Positions 1 to 10,738 of a stretch of DNA of 64,000 nucleotides are shown here, piece by piece. Under the pieces are notes generated by a model that saw only the letters and a list, made by a program, of their open reading frames with translations, searched no databases and was not told the origin of the DNA. The position numbers were made by a program, and so were the translations under genes. The stretch is taken from contig ML996697.1 of assembly GCA_010356995.1 (NCBI GenBank), positions 306,153 through 370,152 of the forward strand, read 5' to 3'. Position 1 is the first letter of the stretch. Each line of letters opens with the position of its first letter. Source of the DNA: Trichodelitschia bisporula (taxonomy: Eukaryota).

Positions 1-3000
1 GGTCGTGTTGTGCGGTGGGGGCCGCCTGAGTCGAAGGTCCAGCTGCGCCATCCGCCGTGTCAACCGCTGTGCCTAAGACAGCCTGCATCTGTTTCTCTGC
101 CTTGCTCTGGTCCGACTTAGCCTTGCGACGCTCCTGCTCGCGGGCCCACATCTCCTCGCAGTCGGCGAAGAAGCCTGGGTTCTGAGTGTCAAGAAGATGA
201 AGATCGAGTTCCACAGCACTCAACAGTTCTTCGCCTTTGTAAAAACGATCGGCATCCCCTATCGTCTGTGCATCTTTGACCATTTGCTTGATCTCTGTGA
301 AGAAATCCTGCGGGCGCAAGTAGTGGCCGACGGCAATACGGCGTTCAATTAACGTGAGGTCGATGTTGTAAAACTTCTTCCCACTCTCCACGTGTCTAAC
401 CATTGGGGTATTGTGCTTGTCAACATCATGCTCCCAAGGGCGATGTATGTTCTGCTCCGCGCGCTGGGTCGAATCAAGGTCAGTGGAGAGCTGGGCTGGA
501 TCACTCTCCGCATAAAGGTATTCAAATTCCTTGTTGTCGATGACCGTGGTGCGGAACTTTTTGAATCGATTCTTCAGATGGTCCAGAAGTGGAGCGAGCG
601 AGACCTTGAGGCGGATCATCGTCTTCCGGTCCTTCGCCTTGAATGCCCTAGTGTCTTCCTTGGAGGGACCCTCAGCGACAACGGGCTCAGGAGCGAACGG
701 AAGAACATCTAGTTTGCGCTTCTTGCGGCTGTTCTCGTCGGGGAAGTCTGACGGACGCTTCCGAATGTACTCGACAACGGTTTCGAAAAACTCTTGGCGG
801 CAGTGCTCGTCCGGTTTCTCGATATGGAAGACGTTCTGCTTCGCAAAGCCGAAAAGATCGCGCATCATTTGCCGGTTGATAGGCTCATCTGCATCAGCTT
901 CCATAAGACCCAAGAGCATGACCGGATCGTTGGGCTTGAGGCTAGCAAGAAGTGACCTGAAGATTTTGATGACGTTTGGCGGCAGAGCCTCATACCACAC
1001 ATTGACGTCGGGAATGAAGATGACGCTCGGCTTCTGACGGCGAACTTCCTTGAAGAGCTGGACGACGGCAGCTTCCGGATTGAGAGACGCATCTTCCATG
1101 ATGGTCGGCAGTGCAAAGCTTTGTACGAAGATATGCTCGAATTGATGTAGTAGAGCCGCCGCAATGTGTTGCTGTCCCATACCCCGAGCACCCTTGATGA
1201 GCATGCGAGGACGGAAGATGCGAGCCCGGTCGAACTTGCTCTGGATCATGTGTTTCTCAAAGCGGCCAGTTTCACTCCGATCATCGTACATGGCATTTTC
1301 GAGAGCTGTACGGGGGGCCTTTGTCGGCAGCATGTCCTCGAGAATGGTACACAGCTGTTTGAAGGGGTAGCGAAGAAGAGGTTGTACGGCCTCCGGAAGG
1401 GGCTCGGCTGAGCTGATTGCAGCACGAGCTGAAGATGGAACGATCTTGTTCACCGAAGTCATGAAGTCCGTGGCCAGAACTTTGATCTTGGAAGGATCGA
1501 TCAGGAGCTTCTTGTTCGAAGTGTAAATCTGAGGGAATGTCCCCTGAACGGCGTTGAGAGCTGCTTCAGTGCATAGAGCACGCAGGTCAGCGCCTCCATA
1601 GCCCTTGGTCATCTCGGCTAGCTGATCCTTCAGTTCTGGCTTGAGCGGAGGGTCCCAGTGTTTCGTGTTGATCTCAATGATAGAGCGTCGAGCAACCGTG
1701 TCAGGGAGCGGGAAGTAAAACTCACGGTCGAAACGACCGGGGCGACGCAGAGCCGGATCGACGGAGTCGGGGCGATTGGTGGCGCCGATAACAATGACCT
1801 GGCCACGGCCATCAAGACCATCCATGAGAGCGAGAAGAGTGGCGACGATCGATGCATGCGTCTGGTCTGACTTGGACGAGCGTGTCGGGGCGATGCCGTC
1901 TATTTCATCAAAGAAGATGATGCTCGGCTGAGTACGGCGCGCTTCCTCGAAGAGCATCTTGAGTTGTCGCTCTGCTTCGCCGACCCACTTGCTGAGCGTA
2001 TCGCCGCCTTTCCGCATGTAGAATGTGACCTTCTGGCTACCACTGCTGACGCTGTTTGCGAGAGCACGGGCAAGGAGCGTCTTGCCAGTGCCTGGAGGTC
2101 CGTGGAAGAGAACGCCGCGAGGCGGAGTCATATGAAGGCGCTGGAAAACCTCAGGATACATGAGTGGGAGCGTGACCATTTCCTTCAGCTTGTTAATCAT
2201 CTCATCGAGGCCGCCGACAGCATCGAAGGTGACATCCTGGTCGATACCGAGAGGATCGGCATCGGCCAGAGCGCGCGACTCCTTGGTAATTTTCCCGAGG
2301 TTGTTGGGACCTTGAACAGCGTTGGCCGTTTGCCGCGGACCTGCGGGAGACAGGAGACCAGCACCGGTAGGCTTCACACCCGCAATTAGACCTTCCTCGT
2401 CACTGCTGTCGGTGTCAACCCCTGGACCACCGAGCGGATTGATGAGAGGGGCGCCAAAACCAGCCGGATTTCCGGTGAGGAAAAGTGGCCGATACGCGCC
2501 GCCACCGTTGCGGCGACGGACAGGAGACTCTTGTGACGGCTGTTCTTCCTCGTCTGCTTGTTGAAGGAGCTCTGGGCGGAACACACGATAGTCCGGGCGG
2601 GAGACGCGGGTTCGAAGCTTCTTTGCTTCGTCATAGACGATACCCGAGTCGCGGGCAGTCTGCCGAGTCTGGCGGCGAGTGGACCTCTTTAGGTCATGAG
2701 CCTCTGCAGCAAGTTCGTCAGCATCGATCACACTGTTTTCCGAGCTTTCGGTTTCTTGTCGAGAACGAGAGTGGGCTTTGGAGCCACTGTCGTTCTTCTG
2801 CATACCACGCTGTGAAACAACCATTTCGGCCTCGTCATCAACCGGCTCTTCCTCGTCAGGCTCATAATCGGAGCTCTCGTCGTCATGCCGCTTGCGCTTT
2901 CCAGAGGCTTCCTGGGTCGCGCCCGACTGCGAATGTTAGTATGAGAGCGAAGGTCAAGAGTACCGAACTCACTCTAACCCCACGGCGCACCGGGCCACTC

Positions 3001-3830
3001 TCGTCGCTGTCTTGAGCGGGATCATCATCCACAGCCTCAACGAATTCGACGTCATTGTCGCCCTCGACCTCGGTCGCCCCTTCGTCGGCGTCATCGGCCT
3101 CCTGGGCGGCATTGTGCTCGACGCTGTCCACAACGTCTGCAGCAGCCGCTGTCTCGCTGGTCCCCTCATCTTCAGGCGCCACCTCCTCTTCACTCTCCTC
3201 CATGACAGTCGAGGGGACTTTCCGAGGTGCCTTCCCCGGACCTTTGGCGGGACCCTTGGAACCGACCGAGCGATGGGACACCTCATGGCCGGTGCCATCG
3301 ACGATCGCTATGCTCCGGCCGTCGTTGCCGAGTGCGAGGAACTCCTCAGGCTCGTGGCTGAGGCGAGAAGAGTGACGGGTGGCCGGTCTCGCGGTCTGCC
3401 CGATCTTCATCTTAACAATGAGCGATTTCTTGGCCGACTTGGCCTCCTTCTCGGAGTCCGAAGCCGCTGGGAGCTCATCCCCAGTACTCTCCTCGTACTT
3501 GACGGGAGCAGCAGCCGCGCGACGAACGGCGCGCCCGGTACGCGGATTGATGTCGACGCGCTCGTCCTCAGCCTCTTCGTCTGAGTCGAAGCTCAGCTCG
3601 TCAGAGTCGGCGACGATTGCGTCGGAGTCGTCGTCGCTCTCGTAAGAGCGGGTTTTGCGCCGCTTTGCCGGATTGGTTTTCTTGGTCTTGCGGCCCTTCG
3701 CGCCCTTGGCCTTCTTAGGGGTTTTGGTGGCCCGAGACCCGGCTCCACGGGTGCGACGCGGAGCCGCGCCATAGTCGGAGTCCTCGGGGTCCGACGCGTT
3801 AGGGTCGAACTCCGCCGCCCGCTTCACCAT
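1..3830 (-). CDS. YTA7: Yta7/ATAD2-like AAA+ ATPase with bromodomain (3' part runs off the window); intron 2927-2972
   Basis: ATG at 3830 (MVKRAAEF), acidic/basic N-terminus, GTGAGT..CTAAC..CAG intron, then an open frame with Walker A HGPPGTGKT (~2080-2105), Walker B IIFFDEIDG, ALRRPGRFDREFYF, a second degenerate AAA module and IDLTLIERRI (bromodomain-like) near 340-365. Confidence 0.93.
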
Positions 3831-4699
3831 GGTGGAAGCTTGCGGGGGAGGAGGGGGGGGTGTGGGGGAGCGGAAAGAGGAGAGATCGTGGGGTGGTGGA
3901 GGCGTGGAGAATGCGGTGGGAGGGATGAGAACGAACAAAATTCTGCTTCAGGCAAGAGTTAGCAAAGCTAGAGCTGGCAAAGATGTAGATGAAGCTTCGA
4001 AATTCCACATGAAACGGCAACAGCGACAACGGCGTAATGAGAAGCTTTTCGCATCAAAGACACAGTACCGATGTGAAATAGTAGCGTGCGGGCTGAGATT
4101 CCACTGCCTGATGCGATTATAATGTAATCAACAACAGTTGTGATTGTTGCGAGCGAAGTATAGTCGACGCTGGTGGAGTTGACGCGCGCCGTCTGTTGAA
4201 ACGGGGGCAAATAACCCAGCACCAAGCACCGCCGCGCGAAGTATAGGGAGATTGGGAACGTCTCCAGTGATATAAGGGGGAACTTCAGGAATATAACTAA
4301 CCTGTGCAGCTTCTCGTTGCTGCCAGTGGCTGCTTTCAAAGCGAGACAGGTGTTCTGTAGATGGAAATGATGTGGGTATGGTACGGTTTGCGAAACTGGG
4401 TGGGAGGGTGAGAGAGTGAGAGAGTTGGGGTTTTCAAGCCAGTCGGCCAGTCCACGGCGCTGCGACGCACGGGCCACCACCCCTGCACAGCTCCAAAACG
4501 CCAAGAACCAATCAATGGCCTTAGTGTTACGCTCTCATCTTTGCATCGCCAACAGTGCTTCAAGAAGCATCTCAACCTCCATTTCGACAATTCCAACTTT
4601 CATTGACACTAGAACTACAATAGGCCCACCATTCGAGTCGCGTCGCCGCGCGCAACGACCCAACACCCAAAACGACCCCCCTTCCCACCCAACCTCACC

Positions 4700-5833
4700 C
4701 CCTATTCACGATGACACTTTTGAACAACCTCATCGTCCGTTACCCCGGACACCCATAGGGCTGTACCTGCAGAGCGGATCTGCGGCTCTGCCATCGCGCA
4801 AAAAGCTTGTCGTCGCCGTCGCGTGGGGTTTGTGCGGGTGTGGGGAAAAGTGCGTAACCTGTGCACGAGCCTTGCTGCCGGTTTGAACCCCCGAGCTGCC
4901 CTCTCCCCGCACCTCCGAGAGGAGCGCCCCGGCCCGCGTCGAAGCTCTCCCCGCCAACAACCTTCTATCTCCACGCTTGTTCGGGCGCTTTGCGATGCTT
5001 GTTTGGTGTTTTACCTTTTGATGTTCTCCTGCTGCCTGCCCTCGGTTTTGGCTTTCGAACGAGTGGTGGCGACGATGTAAGTCAGGGGCGCCGCGAGCCT
5101 CGCTGCCTGCGCCACCTGTCGACTTTAACAAAATCAGCTTGCTGCCAAATTACATATCTGCGCAAGTGGTTGTGGTGAAGCGATGGAGTTGAAGTTGCGA
5201 TGAGGAATTTAGCGAGATCGCGCCCGCCACTACTGATGCGCAAAAGGGGATCATCTCGGCAAACTTGGCAGCCAGCCATCAGCATGATATCTTTTTAAGT
5301 TAGTTAGCAATCGTAATCTGAGGCCCTGTTGAGCTGTGCATCTATCGTTAACTCTTTTGCTGCGATGCGTCTGGTGTTTGTTGCCAGCGCATCATATTCA
5401 GAGTGTTCACGTGATTAATGCCTTGCAGCCTGGTGATGCTAAAAGAGAATTGACGACTGGCTCCATGGCTAGGACAGGTCATCCAGCTCAGCTTGTGCAA
5501 CAGCTCACTGTCGATTCTGAGTGGTAAGGGACTCGTGGTGAGTTTGGGTATTCGGAGTCGAGGATGAGGAGGCGTTACGGTTTCTCCAGAAAGTGAGGCT
5601 TTAATGCACAGAAAAATATCTTCATGAAGACATGAAAGGCTGATTTAAAATCAACACAACCAATTACGAGCTCATGAACTGGATAGAAACCCCGAATACA
5701 TTGAGAAGTACGCGTCTACCGAGTTCGAGCATCCATCGTTATGGTAGTGGCGAGCTAATGAAGACAGTCATGCTGCTACAGTATTCCTCGAATAACGCCG
5801 CTGTGTGGTGGACTCGAGAGAACAGCACGACGC
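4700..5833 (+). ncRNA. Putative large structured non-coding RNA (identity unresolved; telomerase-RNA-like)
   Basis: No credible ORF; many mutually nested helices whose G-U pairs work only on the + strand (listed in findings); ends approximate. Confidence 0.55.
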
Positions 5834-6176
5834 ATAAGCCGGGTTGAGAGCAATCAACTAATCCTAAATCTATCCCCCGCCAGTCCGGTTACATCATGCT
5901 TCGTTTCAGACAGGTTGAGAACAATAAACCCACCCCGAGTCTATCTTGTCAATCCAGTCACTCACTTTCAGCTTCAGACGGATCAAGAGCAATCAATACA
6001 TCCCGAGTCTATCCCGCACACCCAATACCCCCACTATCAATTCACACACTCGACATCCATCAAAGACAAGACCTCAAAGCTCCTAGTCTGAAAGCAAACA
6101 GCCCATCAAGCCAGGTAGCCTCGAAAAACGCAATACACAGTTCCCTGCACCTCCCACGTACCAGACATTAGCACCC

Positions 6177-7577
6177 CTAAAGCACCAACCTCCCCGGCTC
6201 CGCCTCCAGCGCACTCTTGACCCGCTCCAAAAACACCGTCGCACGTTTAACCTCGCCATCCTGTGCCGCAAGACTAAACACATGCTCCCCGGGCACTGTA
6301 ACCTCAACGCTCTTCGCCTTCTTCGCCTTCTTCATGCTGAGGATCTCGTCCATCACATCCACCTTCTTCGCCTTGACAGGCACCACCCCCCCAACCGTCT
6401 CAATCACAGGCACATACCGCCCATGCGTTCCCCGCTTGCCAGGCTTAACACCCAACACCGCATCAAACAGCTCATCCGCCGTCGCCGCCCTCTGCACCGG
6501 CGGCAAATCCTCATTCGCCAGCGCTACAGCCCTAGCCACAAAGGTCGAAACCGGAAGATGAATCCCCAGCGCCTGCTGCACGCGGCGCTGCGTCTCGACC
6601 ACCGCCGCCAGACTCACCGGCACGGCAATCTGGTGCACGACAGGCGGCGCCTTCTCCACCAGCGCAGGCTTGGCCGCGGCCGTCTCCTTGGCAGGCGCCT
6701 TCGGCGCTGCAGGCTTCACGTCACTGAGGTCCAGATGACTACGCGCCGCGAGCCGCGCCGAGAGTTGTGAGGCGTAGTCGTCTGGCACCGCGCCGAGGAA
6801 CGCGAGCACGTCGCCCTTGAGGAGGCGCCCACCCGGGCCTGAGGCGGGGATGTCGGACGCTGAGAGGTCGTGCTCGTGCAGCAGGGCTGAGACTGAGGGG
6901 TAGAGGGGGTATTTTGGGTTTTGGCGCTTGGGGTCCGAGGACGCGGAGCTGGACTTGGGCTTGGAGGGTTGGGAGGATGTGGAGTCGGATTTGGGAGGCG
7001 AGGGTTCAGACTTCGCGACTTCTTTGGGTGCGTCTTCAGAGGCAGTGGGCGTAGTGTCTTCCTCCGGGATGGAGAGTGTAGAGAGGTCGTCGCCTGGCTC
7101 AGCGAGGACGGCGATGCGTGTGCCTACTTTGACGGTTTTGCTACCGTCGCCGTGCTGCGTATATTAGCGCCGCAAAACCAAGTATCTGTGCAGACAAACC
7201 GTAATTTTGGCCATCATCCCGTCATCCTGCGCCTCGACATCCATCTGCGCCTTGTCTGTCTCGACTTCGAGGAGCACATCGCCGGCGGAGAAGGAATCCC
7301 CTGGAGCGCCGTTAGCCATGCCATCCGCACCGCAATCCATGAAATTCACCTTCTTTCACCTTCCAGCTCGAGATATTGCCCTCCGTCATTGTTGGAGACA
7401 AGGCGGGCATGGTGAAATTCGACGCCGCCAGAGAAGGGCGCATTGTCCGAAATCCTACACTCCGTCAGCGTGAACTCCGACGCGGAGTAGCGGCGTACCT
7501 CGCACGGCGGCATGAGCGCGGAATTGCCTAGCGGCAGCTCTGCGGGACAGACGACACGTCGCAGCAATGGACGACAT
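6177..7577 (-). CDS. PDX1: Pyruvate dehydrogenase complex protein X (E3-binding protein), mitochondrial; introns ~7455-7498, ~7301-7349, ~7155-7199
   Basis: Presequence-like [19 protein letters not shown]; lipoyl domain [15 protein letters not shown]...[13 protein letters not shown]3-binding [17 protein letters not shown]-terminal [18 protein letters not shown]. Confidence 0.93.
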
Positions 7578-7825
7578 AGCCGCTATAGGGGTGGTGATGG
7601 TCTTGTGCGAAAAGACACTGGCGGCGGTGAAGTGGTGACAGAGTTGGGAGCTGGGGCTCGAGCTTTCTCTGAGGTTGGGGGTTGGCTTTTTTTCTTTTGG
7701 GACGACACACGGCTTTGCGCAACCACCACCGCATCTACATACGCTGCCCCGCGGCCACAACCACGTATGTGCCTCCAATTGACAAGTCGATTCTTGAGTA
7801 TGTTGCTTACTGAATCTAGGAAATC

Positions 7826-8779
7826 ATGCCCGCGTTTTCAAGAGGATGCGCCCGCCTCCCCGCCGTCGCGGCCCTCGCGCGCACCGCCAGACCTAGCATC
7901 CGATCCGCCTTCCTCCATACGCCCCTCGCCTTCTACGCCAGCAAACCCTCCGCAAGCAAATCCAAACCCACTCCTACGCTTCCCCCAAGCTCTGTCAAGC
8001 TGGGCAGCAAAATACCGCCACCTCGACCCTCACCCCCACGGCCCGTCGCCAGCATCGCAGCCAGCATCTCCGGACCTGCGCTGAACGAAAAACCCACTCT
8101 CATCTCGCCGCTTACGGTAAATACGCTGTCCGAACCGCAGCCTATCTACGCGGCCCCGCCCAGCCGGCTCTTCATGCTCAGCAACGGCACTCTAGCAACG
8201 TTCTTCGCCGCGTATGCCGCCATCATTTTCGACCGGTATTACCTGCACCCGCCGCCAGGGCTGAGCTGGTGGGTGCCGATTGCGTATGCGGTGAGTGCGA
8301 GTGCGCTGGCCACGACGAGCGCGTGGACGGTGGGCGCGACGGTGGGTCGGTTGCATGGGATAACGGCTTTGCCGCAGGGGGCGAAGGGCGAGCTTGTGCT
8401 TAGGCTTGAGGGACAGTATATGTACCCTTGGTTCACGAGCAAGGTGCTTGAGGTCCCGGTTAGCCAGGTTACGGTGCAGGCTCCGTTGAGTGAGGTTGCG
8501 CCAGCGAGTCCGAGGAAGGGGCCGATTGAGGAGGTGGGGATTCTGGTTAGGCCTTTTGTGGCATTTGGGAGGTGGTTTGGGCGGATGTTAGGGGAAACGA
8601 AGAGTGGGTTTCTCAGGGAGCATGTTGTGTGGGTGTATATTGGGGGGAAGAGGGCGTGGAAGCTTGATACGAGAGGGCAGGCTTTTGGGGGAGCGCAGGG
8701 TAAGTGCTACCGAGTATTGAGGGACTTTGCTAATGGTGTAGGCTTTGATCGGTTAATTAAGCCGAATTATGAGGGTTAG
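7826..8779 (+). CDS. Hypothetical, probably mitochondrial membrane protein; in-frame 42-nt intron 8700-8741
   Basis: Long ORF, Arg/Ala/Ser-rich presequence-like N-terminus, two hydrophobic segments, GTAAGT..CTAAT..TAG intron. Confidence 0.75.
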   Translation: MPAFSRGCARLPAVAALARTARPSIRSAFLHTPLAFYASKPSASKSKPTPTLPPSSVKLGSKIPPPRPSPPRPVASIAASISGPALNEKPTLISPLTVNTLSEPQPIYAAPPSRLFMLSNGTLATFFAAYAAIIFDRYYLHPPPGLSWWVPIAYAVSASALATTSAWTVGATVGRLHGITALPQGAKGELVLRLEGQYMYPWFTSKVLEVPVSQVTVQAPLSEVAPASPRKGPIEEVGILVRPFVAFGRWFGRMLGETKSGFLREHVVWVYIGGKRAWKLDTRGQAFGGAQGKCYRVLRDFANGVGFDRLIKPNYEG

Positions 8780-9086
8780 GGTCTGTGTTCAAGGACGACT
8801 CGCTGCGTCTGTTTGAGTGACGCTCTCGATGTATCAACGGGATGCTGTCCCGATACCCTGTCGTGGTCAGATCACAAAGGAAAAGAAGGCAGTGTTACAT
8901 GCCGAAGGCTTCCCAAAGTACTCACCTCATCGACCTCATGTCCTTATATCACCCAGCTCGCTGGTGCAAGCGAACTCCTGTCTCCTGAACATCATTCCTC
9001 GGGAATTCAACAACAGCACATGCAGCAAGTCCATCATAAGCGACATAGCAGTTCACCGACTCTCTAGTCCCTTAAAGCTTGGGCTC

Positions 9087-10738
9087 TTATTCCCCGTTGA
9101 CGCCTCCCTCGCTCTTTTCCTCTCCCTCCGCTTCCCAGACACACCTGTCGCACAAGCACATCCCGCCCAACGCACCTGCCGCCCACTCCCTCCTCTCCTT
9201 GACTGGCAAGAACACATCACAATAATGACTCATCACCTCCTCCCCCTCCTTAATCCCCGCCTCGCGCGGTGCCCTTCTCTCCTCACCCCTCCTCCACCCC
9301 ACCATCTCCCTGCGGACCCAAAGCTTCATTCCCCCCTCCCACTCCCAGGCGACATTCGGATCACAAGCATGATTCGCCAAACACCAGAGCGGATGCACCG
9401 CCGCGACCTCCGGTACGCCCGATGGGGCTTGTCGTGCACTCGCCGTGCCACGAAACTTAGCGTACAGCGTATTCGTCACCCACGGCGCGAACCGCCGGCT
9501 CGTGGTGAACACGTTTACATCCATCTTGGTCAGTATATGCAGCGGGAGCAGCACATTAAGGTGGAAGCTGAACGACAGCGTCCTTGGCCGGCCCGCAAAC
9601 GCCTCGGCGTCTTCGTCCGCGCAACGGGCGCCCTCGAGACTAAAATCTCCCCATATAAACCGCACCTCAGGCAGTTCCAGCGGGTGCATATCGCGCGCCT
9701 GTGCCATGGCCAGCGCGCGTAGCAGGAGAAGGGAATACAGCGCATCGGGCGCGTCCTCGCGGGGCGCATCTTTGGCCACAGAGTCCACATCCGCGCCGCA
9801 CACGGCGCTGTGGTACGCCTCCCACGCCGCATCCCTACACCCAGGGGAGCAAAATACGACTTCACATTCATCGCACTGGACCACATCGTCCGCCTCTTCA
9901 AGCGGCGGGAAGCGCTTAGAGCACGCATCGCAGAGCGCATCAGCGAGCGGAAGCGCAGCGGTGAGCAGCGAAAGCTCGGAAAACACCTCCTCGCCGGGTG
10001 CGAGGTCGCGCCGCGCGAATACACCCAGCTGCGTTACCTCCCCTGTGCCACCGGCGGCCAGGACCGGGAGACGTACGGCGCGGACTTCGAGCGCGGGGGC
10101 TACGGCGGTCATTTGTGCGTTCATTAGTGCGAGGGAGGGGGGGCTGAAACGGTCTGGCTCATGTGCGTTCCAGGGGTAGAGTTCGCGGCGGACGAGGCCG
10201 CGGTCTGGATAGTCGGCGGCGGTGTATTTCTCGGGGTCGAGACCGCGGCGCCGGAGGTGGGCAGCGGCGCGGGTGTGGATCGTCTCGGCGAGGGATGTGA
10301 GTGTTGGGTCGGAAGGATGCGCGGCTAGGCCTAGGGCGGTGTATTTGTGCACGCTTTTGAGGTTCGAGCATGCGAGGAGGGAAGTCGTGAGGAGGGCGTA
10401 CCTGACGCGGGGTTAGAGTAGCGGGCTTGATTGACGGGGTGGAGGAGCGCATACACGTCCAGCGAGATGGTCTCAGCTATCCACGCGCTTACACTCTCGG
10501 GAGTATCACCACCGCCATCCACCGCGGCAGCCTCGAGTACCTCGTCGTGATACTCGCCGGACTCATCCGTGGCCTCGTCAGTCAGGAGCAGGGCCATATA
10601 CGCCTCGCCGGCGGCGAGATCGGGATAGCCCAGCGCGGCATAGCCGCGGGCGAGGGCAAGTCGCGCGGGTATGCTATATGGGTGGTCGTCGACATCGGCG
10701 AGCAGACGCTCATGGGCGGCGAGACTCTCAGTATCCAT
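9087..10738 (-). CDS. SET/MYND-type (SMYD-like) putative methyltransferase with TPR-like N-terminus; intron 10402-10454
   Basis: QLGVFARRDLAPGEEVFSE, CDAC...CDEC..FCS..C zinc motif, LANHACDPN, EVMSHYC, post-SET CLCDRC. Confidence 0.9.

Noticed and set aside
5283..5321. ATGATA...CTGA as a box C/D snoRNA
   Set aside because: Poor C box, too short, no rRNA complement recognised, and the bases take part in longer helices
5858..5867. CTAATCCTAA as a telomerase template
   Set aside because: It mismatches CCCTAA, lies at the 3' end of the region and is better explained as a branch point
8817..9722. Long antisense/overlapping ORFs (also 37518-38339, 45292-46068, 57407-59553 and others)
   Set aside because: Shadow frames of GC-rich real genes on the opposite strand
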